This document shows positions 14,278 to 27,421 of a DNA stretch of 64,000 nucleotides, piece after piece. This stretch comes from Paramecium tetraurelia (Eukaryota). The stretch spans positions 248,001-312,000 of the forward strand of contig CT868663.1 of NCBI GenBank assembly GCA_000165425.1. Reading direction: 5' to 3'. Numbering within the stretch: position 1 is the stretch's first letter; each line of letters opens with the position of its first letter. The translations under genes were made by a program, and so were the position numbers. Under the pieces are notes generated by a model, which saw only the letters and a program-made list of their open reading frames with translations, was not told the DNA's origin and ran no database searches.

Positions 14278-15481
14278 ATGAATTTAAGGCCATTTATTAA
14301 AACCCACATAAAGACTATTATGACAAATTTTGATGTTCAGAGAGGGCCCTTTGATTCCTTTCTAAGAGAATACTACAAAAACAACAAGACTCTTGGGCCT
14401 TCTGAGCGCTCAATAATTTCCTAAACCGCATTTGATCTAATTAGAAATGATGTTCTGCTCTCTCATTTTACAAAAGATGTGGATAGAAAATGTGATCTCT
14501 TATCCCATATACCTGATTATGAGAAGGACCAAAATATTCCACTGTAAAATTATATTTTGATCAATTACAAAGGAATATTCGATGTAGCTGTCCAGAGATG
14601 TAAATAATACATTCTATTTCAGACTCTTCCAATTAGTTTCTGACTAATATGGTTAAAAAAAGGCTTATGAGTTCTTTACTGCATTGAACACCAAAGCACC
14701 GTTGACGATAAGAATAAATCCAATTAAAACAACCAGAGAAAAGGTAATTTGCCCACCATTTTAAATGTTTAGCTAATGATGGAAATGCAGAACCTTTATT
14801 TCAAAAAGACCTTGACTTCCCCCTATGGATTATTAGTGAGCAAAGAGAATAATGTGAATTTGAGTGATACAGATTAATTTAAAGAAGGATTGTTTGAAAT
14901 TCAAGATGAGGCCTCTTAAATCTGTGCTCTTAGAGTTCAATGCAAACCTAATGATAAAGTACTCGATTATTGTGCTGGATCTGGAGGTAAAACGTTGGCA
15001 TTTGCTCATCAAATGGAAGGTAAAGGAGTGATTGAGATTAATGATACCAGAAGTGAAGCACTTTCTAAAGCAAAAATTAGATTGAGAAGAGCAGGTATTA
15101 TGAACTACAGTTTCTTTACGAAGAAGTTTAAATATGATTGGATTCTATTAGATGTCCCTTGTACTGGTTTAGGAACATTGAGAAGAAATCCTGACTCAAA
15201 ATATAGATTTTCTTAGGAAAGATTAAATGGTATACTTATGAATTAAAGTAGATTTAATAAAACTGTAATAAGACATATTCGATTAAGCAATAAGATACTT
15301 ACGATAAGATGGAGTGATTGTCTATACAACTTGTAGTTTTTTGAAAGATGAAAATTAGAATCAAGTGAAGCATTTTTGCAAGAAATATAATTTAAGTGTC
15401 GTGGATAACGATTACTTCTAGAGCTTACCTGAGAAAGGTGGGATGGACAGCTTCTTTAGTATTAGTTTGAGAAAAAATTGA
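14278..15481 (+). CDS. RsmB/NOL1/NOP2/Sun-family RNA m5C methyltransferase, bacterial-type architecture
   Basis: Motifs APLTIRINPIK, FEIQDEASQ, VLDYCAGSGGKT, LLDVPCTGLGTLRRNPD, VYTTCS and ..GGMDSFF; four tiny introns. Confidence 0.92.
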
Positions 15482-15628
15482 GTATGAATATAATAATACG
15501 ATGTTTATTTTAAATTGATTGATACTCTCTTAGATGTTGATGGAGACTTTATGAAGGAGGATGAGATACTATGGAAGAGCATATTGTTGTTATTAAAACA
15601 AAATTTAAAATTATATTTAAATCTTTTT

Positions 15629-16235
15629 ATGGGAAAAAACTATAGAAACAGATCAAAGACATCTGCCACACCAAGAAAACCATTCGAAAAAGAACGTCTT
15701 GATAATGAGTAATATTGATGAATAATTAGATTGCAAATCATTGGTAAGTATGGATTGAAGAATAAGAGAGAAGTTTGGAGAGTTCAACTTACATTGGCCA
15801 GAATCAGAAAGGCTGCCAGAGAATTATTGACTCTTGATCCAAAAGACCCAAGAAGATTGTTCGAAGGAGAAGCCTTAATTAGAAGAATGGTTCGCTTTGG
15901 TTTATTGAGTGAATAAGAAAGAAAGTTGGATTATGTCTTGGGTTTGACTACATAAAAAATGATGGAGAGAAGACTCTAAACCTTTGTTTTCAAAAGCAAT
16001 TAAGCTTCATCCATTCATCATGCCAGAACCTTAATTAGATAAAGACACTTTAGGTACAATTGACATTTGATCATATCATAGAGTTGGAAAGAGATTAGTA
16101 AATTCACCATCATTCCTCGTTAGAGTGGAAAGTGAAAAATTAGTTGATTTCGCAGTCACCTCTCCATTTGGATAAGGAAGAGAAGGAAGAAGAAAGAGAA
16201 AGAACTCAAAAAGAAAGCAACCAAAAGAAGAATGA
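15629..16235 (+). CDS. RPS9: 40S ribosomal protein S9 (uS4)
   Basis: [15 protein letters not shown]...[12 protein letters not shown]...RRLQT...[13 protein letters not shown]; introns 15709-15729 and 16054-16081. Confidence 0.97.
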
Positions 16236-16932
16236 TCATTGTTATAATATACATTCTATAAGTGCATATCTTATATTCTTTTTTTCTTTCTTTCTCGATC
16301 GATTCTCTTTTTTATTTATTACCTAAATGTAAATGTAAAAGGATATTTATTTGATTTACTAATTTTATAATCTCTCAACATTTTGAGGGTTTTTCATAGA
16401 TATCATTCTGATGAGTAAATGTTAATGAGCATTAAATGGTTGTGTGTAGCCAGCATCATATCAATTAACATTAAATTCTTGATTTGCTTCAGTTAAAAAA
16501 TTGCAACCATATTGATAAGCATATCAGCACTTTGTTTATTTTTTTTATTTAATAGATTATATACAGATATGGGATTTTGTATTTGATTGATTAATTCAGT
16601 AATTTTGTTTAATATAATTTAATTATAATTATGATGCTTTAGATCTTATAAATAATATGAGAATCAACATTCAAACTATATTTTATAATTCATTCTTAAA
16701 TTTTTATCGCAAGTATTCATTTTTTAATATTATATTAAATAATCAAATTTATTATGATTATAATTAAACTTACAATTTTTAAATAAAAATAGTAGAATAA
16801 TAATTACAAAGCAAAATGATTTATACTTATTACTTTATTTTAATAATTTGTTATTGAAAGATCCATTTATGGGATATTTGTAATTTGTTAATTAATTAAA
16901 TATAAAAACTTATAATAAATTCAAAGGGTATT

Positions 16933-18063
16933 TCATTTTAAAGCGTATAAAATTTAGACAAACATTACTGCATTTGCTACAATTATAACTAAACTTAAAT
17001 CGCAATCTGTTATCTTTCCATTTAGTATAGATTTGATTTTGTCTTTGACATCTTGATCTAATTACATCGAGGAATATGAATAATGATGATGGAAATAACC
17101 TAATAAGGATTAGGTATAATTGAATATAGCTATGCTTATTTATTTTTCATAACTAGTTTCTAGATTCCTAACAGTTGAGTAACGTTTATTAAGTTTCTTT
17201 GCTAACTTAGGATGGTAATCTCTAATGTTACCTAAACAATTTTCACTCCAAGAATAATCATAAGTACACATATTGATATGTTTAGAAATATTTGCTATAT
17301 TTTATTCATAATTTAATGAGATTTTAGTTTTTTGATTAAAAATTAATAGTTCACATCTCACAATAGTGTAAAGTATCAAGCATTAAATCATTTATTATCT
17401 TGTCCATATGGTATTTTATAAGTTTGGCTCATCATTCGGTTATCTACTCAACAAATTTTCCTAATTTACTAATTGAAATTAATCCAAATTATCAAATTCT
17501 TTACATAATTTTATAATCTTTGATGACAATTCAACATAAGGTTACTCTAATTACTTATTCTAAGCATAATTAATGATAAACTAAATGATATTATTGGATA
17601 ATTGTGTTGTTTGAGTTACTTTTTTAAAAATTTATAGAGTAATTCTCAAATAATTTGGAAATTATAATTGCAACATTAGGCTATTCTAAAGTGGATAATT
17701 GAAATTGTTGAGTTTGATAAATATTTTTTTATATTTTAAAATTAGCTGTTGTTTTCTCTCCTATTAAGATATTTGGAAATCTTAGAATTCAGAACATTCT
17801 TAATTTGTTACTAAATCTTAGGCTTGGATAATATGGCATATCTATTGCTCAATCATCTATAAATCCTCCTTTGAAATTGGTTAGCATAGTTATAGTGATT
17901 GAGGGTAATTAGTTTACAATTCTAAATAATTTATTAGATTTTAGGGAATGTCATCTAGTCCTACTTCCTAATCTGAGCATTCGATTTATTGTTCTCCGAT
18001 ACCAATACATTAGCTATTCAACTATTTGATCATTTTTATCATATTAAAATTTCTAATTTTCAT
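16933..18063 (-). CDS. Divergent sestrin (PA26)-like protein, 376 aa, intronless
   Basis: The C-terminus YDYSWSENCLGNIRDYHPKLAKKLNKRY...IAIFNYTQSLLGYFHHHYSY...IIVANAVMFVQILYALK aligns by eye to sestrin DYTWEDHG..L...LDEKF / AIWNYIHCVFGIRYDDYDY / LLLEARMQAALLYALR. Confidence 0.7.
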
Positions 18064-18929
18064 TTTTTATAAAGTGAATTTCAACTAAAAAATTATGAAG
18101 TACTAATAAGAAATAGCCAGATTTATATTATAATTTATTTCCAGTTATTTATAAATTCTCAATATACAATCTATTTAAAAATTGGAGATGTTGTATTACG
18201 AGAATCGTTAATTAAATATATAATTATCATAATGGCGCCATCTTTATATTAATACTAATTTAGATAGCATTTGGTAATTGATTTCTTATTTAAGTGGATT
18301 TCATGAAAAGATATTCACAAAATTGCCCTTATCTTGACATCCAATTATAGAGAAATGCACATTCTTAGTTTAATGGGCATTTAATATAATCTTTAGCAAA
18401 AGCTAATAAATAGTCTAAGTGATATTCTTTTATTAGGTTGAACACACAATTCCCTTTAATTAGTAATATGATTATTTTTTATGTAAGATTACATTAAGAC
18501 TACTTTATGCGTTCTTCTCAATATAATAAACTGATTACTTTTATAGTTTTTGTTAATACATAGATGTTCTCTTTAAATTTTAAATTATCATAATCTGTTA
18601 CAATTTAAGTTATTTATAGGATAGTTTGATTAGAATAATTTTTTATCAATTTTGATAAGTCTATTTTTCATATTATTTGATGTCGTGTTCATTCGAATTG
18701 TAATTAATATTATCAATAACCAAGCTGGATATTAGAGATTCATTAGTAAAGATGGGAGTTGTTTGATTTTAATATATATAGTAAAAGATGTTTGCTTTTA
18801 ATTTTTATATGTTTGGAGATGGATTTTGAGACGACAAATTGCTTTGGTTGCTCATCTTATTGGTGTTATTTCATAGTCTTAAATAGAATTAGTACTTATA
18901 ATTATAATTAATTTTCTTCGTTAATTAAA

Positions 18930-20461
18930 ATGAATTTAAATAGTAAACATGAAGGATTTAGTTCAGATGATTCGGTTGATATGAGTGATTACAAAATTGA
19001 ATCTTCCAATAAACAGTCAACAATCAGATATTCCAATTCAAAATCATCGTCATCAGATGAGAGTTTGACGGATATGATAAAAAAGAAAAGGCAATAGATC
19101 AATAGGAAAGTGTATGGAAAGGAAGAGTAGCAATAACAGGAATTAGATGATGCCACATTTGATCTCTCTGATACTTGTAATAAGAAATACTTAAATCATT
19201 AGATAACGATTCTAATAAGTTCAAAATCGGAAATGAATCAACACTTGAATCAAGAATAAAGAAATTGGAGCAAGAATTGAATACTAGTGTGAAATCCACT
19301 CTCTAGAGGAATTACTAACATAATTAATCTGCATCAATGACTTCAGTTGATTCGTTCTCTGTTGATTTTAAGCAATTTTAATAATCAGACCTCAAAGTCA
19401 ATTATTACAATAACCGACTTGAATCACTGAGATCCAAAAATTAAGAACCTGCTATTGAATGGAAAAGTATTCTCTATAATAATATATATAAGAGGGACGT
19501 AAGATAGAAGAATTCGATTTTGAAATTTAAAATCTCTAACAAGAACTCGAATCATTGAAAGACAGCCTTAACAAAGAGGAAAAAGAGTAAAATAAATAGA
19601 AGATCAAACTCAAGCATTAGTTAAAACAATACACCTAATCCAATTCCGAGGAAGACGAATAAGAATATAATGAACGAGTATATGAGTTACCAGTTCAATA
19701 AAATCATTAGAAAAGTAAAAAATTGGCTTCAAGTTCAAAAAAATCATCTCATCATTCTGCCTATGACTAAAATCAAAATTAGGTTCAACCTACAAACTTT
19801 AAAAAAAAGTCCAGAGCTGAAGTTGAGATCATTGATGAATTGCCTGAATAAAACTCAAGAAGCAAAAACTAAGGTAATCATGTATAAAATAACTATAGAA
19901 GAGAGTTCAAGTGATTCTGAAAGTGAAAATGAAATAGAAGAACCACATAAACCATAGCATAAAAGTCATGCCTCCAAAAAATAAACCTCTTTTCAAAATT
20001 TACCCATCTCAACAATTGAATTTAAAGAGAAGGATGGAAATGATGTGAGTATAGATGTGGTTCCTTAAAAGCATAAATCAAATAGTTAAGCTCCATAAAT
20101 TTTAACTGAAAATTAGTTTCCTAATACTTTAATCCTTCCATCAAAAACCTCTTTATAATGTGATGTTTCAAGATTATACAAACTTAATAAGGAAGTAGAA
20201 GTTTTGTAATTATTAAAGTTATATAAAATAGATAATAAATAGAGAGAATAAGGGATAAATTAAAAAAGTCAATCAATAAAAAAATGAATACTGAAAAAGT
20301 TGTTGAGTAAATTAATTCTCTATTTTAGACGCTATGATCCATCTTTCACAATGCCCTCTAAATCAAAAATACTTAATAAGTCTGGAAAACTACATTGTCC
20401 TAATTGCACTTACCTCCTTAATAAAGGAATGAGTTCAGCTTATTGTCATTGTAATAAATGA
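18930..20461 (+). CDS. Hypothetical coiled-coil protein with a C-terminal Cys/His (possible Zn-binding) motif
   Basis: Long ORF with several introns, ending LHCPNCTYLLNKGMSSAYCHCNK-TGA. Confidence 0.7.
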
Positions 20462-21247
20462 AACCTTTTGAAATTATTATTATTTATCTTTAAAATTTAT
20501 ATCTAAAAAGTATTAATTATGGTTCTTATCTTGGGAGTTGTAAAATTCATATCCAACATAATTTTCATCATATTCATTCTTTAAGGATTAACTAAATTAG
20601 CTCTACGTTTTAAATAATAGTAGAAAGTTAAGTGATCTTATTTAATCTTTAGTAATTCATTGATGGTTATTAAAAATTGAAAACTTACCTGAAAATGTTC
20701 AGAAGTTTAATGTTAAGTAAAAGAACAAAATAGATGATGATTGAAGATTTAATTTAAAATGATTCTTATATAATTAGATAAGAAAGTATTCAGAAATGAT
20801 TTATTTTTTGAATTAGATTTAATTACAAATGATAAATAAATTCAAAATATTGTTGAAAGTATTATATTATCTATATCCTTTATAAATTTCTAATATCTTC
20901 CCTTACATTAGAGCGTCCTTAAATATTAAAATAATTAATAGAGAGAATATAAACTGAAGCCAATTATCAATTTTGTTCGTAGTTTCTAATAATGACATCT
21001 CCAAATTTCAGTTTATATTCAAGACCCTACTTTTTATAAATAACATTGAATGAATTATTAGAGTTTGTGATATAAAAATAGCAAATTTTTGTAATTTTTA
21101 AAATCTCTATAAAATTGATAGATAAAGTTTAGTCTTCCATTAATTCAAACTTTAAAACAGCAGCATGGGAAAATAGCGGGAATAAGTAGATATTATTCTA
21201 CTGAATAATATTTATTAGTGTTTTCAATTAATTTTAATCGTTAACAG

Positions 21248-22266
21248 ATGAATAAAGAAAATGAAGTATTTAATTTGGCTGAACCAATTTGCAAGGCTCA
21301 TCAAAATAAGAAGGTAAGAAAAGCTTAGAAATTAGGCAAAATATAAAATTGTCGGTGTTCCATTCGTAAAACCAAAGTTTAACTTGACTGATTTAGTTTG
21401 TTCTAAATGTGCAATTGCTCTAGTTAGTTAAGGATACAAGGTAAACTTCATCTTAGAAGTAGGTTGATGACATTGAGTCAGATTAGACTTAAGTTAGATA
21501 AGAATAAATACAACAGTTTCTTGAAACAATTTCATAAACTTTCTTAACAATAGATCAAAGTGAATAGAGTCTTCTAGAGAAAAAGGAGGATTTGGTTAGA
21601 TTCTGTGAGAAGTAGAAAGATAAGGTACGAGAGCATTATCACATAATGACAACTACTTTGGACCACAAACTAAAAGAATAAATAGACTATTTGAATGAAT
21701 TGTAGGGCAAAGCGTTAACAATGTTCGAATAAAAATAACAAGAAATCAAAGAGAGTCACAATGAATTACTATAGATGTATAGTGACATCGAAGTTAACCT
21801 TGATAATATAATTCTATAAATTGAATTGCTGCCTTACAAATAGATAATGGGTCAATATAATAAGAGGGTGTAGGATATCTAGTAATGTCTTGGTAAGATG
21901 GAGACTTAGAATGTTTATTTGGGAAGAGTATATAAAAAAGCAACCGATTAAAAAATACTTGGAGGTTTATTTGAGGATAGTGAATTAGAGATAAAAATAG
22001 TTTAAACATCTTTATTGAAGACAGAACAATAGTAGGGATAGTCTGTTTCGAGGTTAATGTCACCCTAATCAACTCAGGTAACAACACCAACCAATCAAAC
22101 ACCTGATAAACAGAGATCAAATAGTTAACCTAGTAAGTTCTTAGAGATTTTGAATAAGGTTAATGAGAACTAATTGAAAACCAATAATTTCTATACTCAA
22201 TTGTTGAGAAGAGATTCCTCATTTGATCTAAGTGAAAAATATTGTTCGCCTTCATTCAAAAAATGA
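21248..22266 (+). CDS. B-box-like zinc finger plus coiled-coil protein
   Basis: N-terminal CKAHQNKK...LVCSKCA, then a helical coiled-coil region; two 22-nt introns. Confidence 0.7.
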
Positions 22267-22370
22267 ATTTTTATTACTATATTATATATATAAATTATCA
22301 TTAGGAATTTAATAAGGAATTGAAAATAATTAAATAACTAAATAACTAAAAATAACTAATTTAATTTAGA

Positions 22371-24894
22371 TCATTCGTAACTTCTACGTTGACCCTAGTT
22401 TTTCCAACGAGGTGGTGTTGGAGGTCTTTTTTTAAGTGTCTCTTCATCTTCAATCCAATTGTGAGCATTTAGATTTTGTGGATATATTAATTTAGGAACA
22501 ATCTCTAGATTTCGTTTTAAAATCAGTACTGCCCCTGCATTTTTATGTCTACCACAATAATCAGTGGCACTAAATACTGTCAATAATTGACCAGCTTAAT
22601 TAAGAAGTAAAAAGTACCTGCAAATCTTTCAAAACCATCCATGACACACTCATGAGCACGAATTATAAGAGAAAGACTGTTTTTTATAAGAAAATTGATA
22701 ACTCTATCTGGACCAAACTTAACAATGTTTCCAGTTCCTGCAGGATCTCTGATAATGTTTGGTTGGATTCCAAAATCCTAATCAGAATCAGTAGGATCAG
22801 ACCATAGGATGTCAACAACCAATTATTATTCTGGAGTCGTGACTTCATGTATAACTTCAAGGGGTCTTTGTAGATTCTCAATTTCAGCAACATAATTCAA
22901 TTAGCTACCAATACCACCATGTAGACAGATTATTTTATCTTCGACAATTGCAGCCAATGGTAACCATTCAAATAATCTATTAACTCTTGCAAAAACAGAA
23001 TCATCATCGTTTGGATCTTCGCCTAATCTCTAAGCACATTCTTCTGAGAATCCAAATCCATTATTAATCCATTTGTCTTCATGATTACCTCTAATTAAAT
23101 GAATTGATTCTGGATATCTGACTTTCAAAGCCAAAAGTAAACAGATGGTTTCTAGGGAATGATTACCTCGATCAACGAAATCTCCTAAAAACAGATAGTC
23201 AAATGCTTCAATGTCACTATCCTTACCATCAACAAAAGGTGATCCCCATAAATCAAAGAATCTCATTAAATCAGAATACTATCCATGAATATCCCCAAAG
23301 ATTTTAATGGGAGCCTTGCATCTTAAGACCATTGGTTATTCTTTGATAACTGCCTCAGCCTAATCACAGAGCATGATGATATGTTGTGCTTAAAATAAAA
23401 ACTTAGCATTTTCTTGAAGGTTAATAAAAGTCTTTGGTTACAAGAGTGTATTAATAAATAAATGAGCAATATTGTTATCTTGAGCAGATTAGGGAAGCCT
23501 TTGTTTTTTATTCTAGACTTTCGAGTCTCTGCTCTCTTCAGCCACAATAGCCTAATTAATGAATTTAAAGGAGGGTTTTTCAACTTGATTCTAAGTAAAA
23601 GGCTTTTATTATTTTTGAGTATTAATTTAGTTGTTTGGTGCTCCCTTTTTTTGCATCAATGAATTATTTAAAGAAGAATTGGACGTATCTGTTGAAGCAG
23701 GACTCATCTAAGGTGAGAGAGATTGAGGGGATACACTAAATACAAGATAGACAATACTTTCTTTATGCATGTTAATATTAGCCTAATTTATTAGTTAAGG
23801 GTTCACTTGGTAATAGTAATTTGTTCAAATTGATTTTGGAAATGATGTCAGTTGGGATATTAGGGGAATCTAACTCGAATCCACCATAAACAAAAATATT
23901 GGTATCAACCAACCAAGAAGAATGTCTGAATCTTTGAATACTATTGAATTTAGACCACTCAGAAGTCTCAGTATCATAGACATCGATTGTGAGCGTTTCA
24001 CCGACATTCCCAGTCCTACCACCAATGACAAATAGCATGCTATAGACAAATAGAGTGGAATGTTAATATCTGCCAATTGGTTGCTCTTTTTCGAGTTTAT
24101 ATGGTGCTTTTACCCAATCCCATCTTCCATCTCTGTGCCTTCTCAATCCCCAAGCATCATTTAATGCTTGTTAGTCATTTGAGCGACCTCCAAATGCTAC
24201 GACCATCCCATTGGCACTACCATTAGTACAAATACTAGCGGAGTGATATACTCTTGCTATTGGCTATTCTGACTTGCATTCTAATCGCATCCATGTAATG
24301 GGACTCTTCTCAACGTTAACACACCCTTAATTCAAATGATTAATTCATACAACAATCGTTAACTGGTTCCTGACCTGTATTTCCTCCAAATGCAATCAAA
24401 AATGGTTTCGTAAATGTAAGTGTATGACCATACCTTCTTCCTGGAGTTGTTCCAACCACAGGTACTACAGTCCATTATCCGATATCATCTGCTGATCTTA
24501 AATCTAACAAATATAGATCATCCGATGCTAAACTACCACCTACCATTATAAATCAATTCTCATACCTCCTGTTGCTCCACCATAAATTACTATTTAATTT
24601 ATATCAACACACACTGCTGCATGCGCTGCTCTTGGGTTAGGTGCAGTTCCCTATACTAAATTTTTTATATTTTTTATTACCTTCAACCCTTTTCCATTAT
24701 TTAGTCTGCATATCAAATGAGAATGTATCTCCTGTTATGCTATATTTCCCAGTATCACCAGTAGCCCCTGTAATTATTCAAATATCCTTACCACCAAATA
24801 AAATAGCCTTGCCCTTTGCGATATAAGTAATGGTGTGTCCAAACCTTGCTTATGGCAATTATCCCAACGCGTCAACCTTTTCGAAATTATTCAT
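22371..24894 (-). CDS. Kelch-repeat Ser/Thr protein phosphatase (PPKL/BSU1 family)
   Basis: N-terminal Kelch repeats (ARFGHT, PRAAHAA, RRYGHT, ARVYHSA), PPP motifs GDIHGQY, GDFVDRG and RGNHE, then FSATDYCG and C-terminal RPPTPPR. Confidence 0.95.
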
Positions 24895-26427
24895 TTTATT
24901 AATTATTTTGAAATTTAAAATAAAAATAAGACCTTTTAATATCATTTAATCTTTTTCTCCATTTAATTCAATTTCTAATTCATATAACCATTCTACTCAT
25001 TTAAATTCACATCATCTCATATTCCATCACTAACACACTCCAATTAACTAAAAGTTCCCAATTGCATTTTTGGTTCCTGACTTTCTCCTACCTTTCACAC
25101 TAAAACTAGTAAGTCCATCCATTATTCTAGTACATTTAAAATCAATTTAAAATTGTTCCTAACATCTGAATTTAGTTCTAAATTCTATATTCAAAATTTA
25201 TGAACCTTATCATCTGTTACTTAATCATTTTCTAATAGATTGCCAAACGTGCACGAAATAAACATAGAACAAATAATAACATAAAGTTTATAAAAGAAAA
25301 TAAGATTCTAATATTATAAATTAAATATCCATGGATCCTGATCTGTTCTCATGCTTTTACTTTTCATTTGAACGTGTAATCCTGGCAATCCACTTAATCC
25401 AACTTATCTGCATTTCTTTTTAATTAATTAAATAAATATAAGTAGAAGCTAAATTCAATCAGATTTTAAAAGAACATCTAACATAGATCCTGGAGCATGG
25501 CAGATGCCACAAGAAGGTGCGCTGAACTTTGTCAATAAATACTCGTTAGTATTCACCCATGAGTCAAAGCAGTCTTCCTTAATAATTTATATTACTTATA
25601 TAATGCGTGGGTGAGTCTTTCTAGTTATATTATTGATCTAATACCTTATCTTTTTTTGCTATTTCATGTTTCTAATTTAAAATTTTATTTTTATTAATGA
25701 ATTAGTTAGAATTTATATTTATAAGTACTCACTATATATTATTCTCCCATAGAATATTAGAACATCTAAATTCTAAAGTTTTTATTCTCAATATTTACAT
25801 TTTGGCCTCAGATTATATTGCAGAACTTAAACTAAGAATTTAGTTTATTCAATACATCTATGTCGTTAAATAATTTATTTCCAATAACAATCCTTTAATT
25901 AGGTGAGATTTACTTCGTTTTTGGTGTTACATATTTCATGCTTCTTAATTGAAGTAGAGTTATATATTATATTTAGATGATTCCACTAATTTATCAAATT
26001 CAAAATTTGATAAATGGCAAATTTAATAGTATCACTATTAGTATTATCATAGTATTCCCTATTAATTAGAGTATTGATTTAGTAATTTCATAGAATATTT
26101 AAAAAATAATAAAATTTTGAAATCTTTATAAATATTTTATCATCCTTAATTTTAATCTATAATTGATAATTGGAGATTATATACTCCAAGAAATGTTGAG
26201 AAGATAAGTTTGATTAAGAAAAGTTATTCTACTGCTTGCTTTATGGATGTAATTAATTTTAAAATCCTTCAAGGTTCTTAACTGAATAGTATGATATGGT
26301 GTTTAAGTGTTCTATAGGTGGGAATATTGTTGTGTTTGCTTAATCGGAACCATAGATTTGATAGTGATGAAAATAATTTATAAGCATATTAAATCATTCT
26401 TTTATATTTATATTTATTTTATAGAAA

Positions 26428-27274
26428 ATGGGTAATAGTAACAAAGTTTAACAGAATGTCATTCATATTGAATTTATGACTGCAAAGTAAAAAATCAAAA
26501 AAGATAAAGCCTTGATCAAGAATAAAGTCGATTAAAGTAGTAATGAACATCTTTTGGATATAATATGCATTTAAGATTTAACTTAGTATTACGAAGTCGA
26601 CTTCAGATAAACAATATTAACATCAGATGAAACTATCCACGTGAAGGTATTTTATATATATAAGACAGAAAATTGTTGATTTAGTTGTCAATCCAAATTC
26701 AAAGACCCCCAACAATCTAATTTAAATCAGTGAGTTCTTTAAATAGAACGTCAAGTCATTTTAGATTTTTTTCAATAATCAAATGTTCTCCCAAGATGAG
26801 CAGCAATTTTAATTTGCTTATGAGCCACTCTACATTGAAGTAATTTATAAACCAAAACACTGGATGGAAAAGACTGTGGAAAAATTTAAAACTTATAGTA
26901 GTAAGATCATGTCAGCTCTTGCCTTTGCTTCGAAGTTTGCCTATATTGCCATCCCTTTATATACTAGTTTGTCTGCTCTATAACCCTTTTTATTGCCTAC
27001 TTTGAAGACGGCGAAAGTAGCCTTGAGAGCAACTGAAAATCCTAAAGCTCAGAAGGCTGAAAGTGTGGTTAGGTTTTTAATTAACACTTTAAAAAGAGCA
27101 ACATACATTGCTGCTCCCATTTTATCCCTAGTAGCACAATATATGCCAATGTCAAAAACAATATTTGCAGGAGTTGGTCTTTACTTAGGGAAGGGAGTAG
27201 TGTGGAATGTGGTTAAGTTGGGAGTAACAATATTTTGTCCCTTTTTGGCACCATTACTAATGCTCTTTGGATGA
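26428..27274 (+). CDS. Hypothetical protein with an MGNS N-terminus (possible myristoylation) and hydrophobic C-terminal helices
   Basis: Single 22-nt intron; C-terminal IFAGVGLYLGKGVVWNVVKLGVTIFCPFLAPLLMLFG-TGA. Confidence 0.75.
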
Positions 27275-27421
27275 ATAAGCTATTCATTATCAAAATAATA
27301 ATATTTATTTTTTATAACTAATTTTATAATTAATTATAAATTAAAGAGTATTGGAAAAGGATGTTAAATTAGAGTATTTATATAATATTTTGATTTGAAA
27401 ATTAAATACTTTATGGTAATA

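Noticed and set aside
15515..15628. N-terminal extension of RPS9 suggested by the ORF track
   Set aside because: It begins at a non-ATG codon, and RPS9 homology begins at ATG 15629.
18230..18874. Possible minus-strand gene
   Set aside because: Coding-like, but I could not build a consistent exon chain or recognise a motif.
24945..25670. Possible small minus-strand gene(s)
   Set aside because: Several intron-like GT-AG stretches, but every model I tried stopped early; left uncalled.
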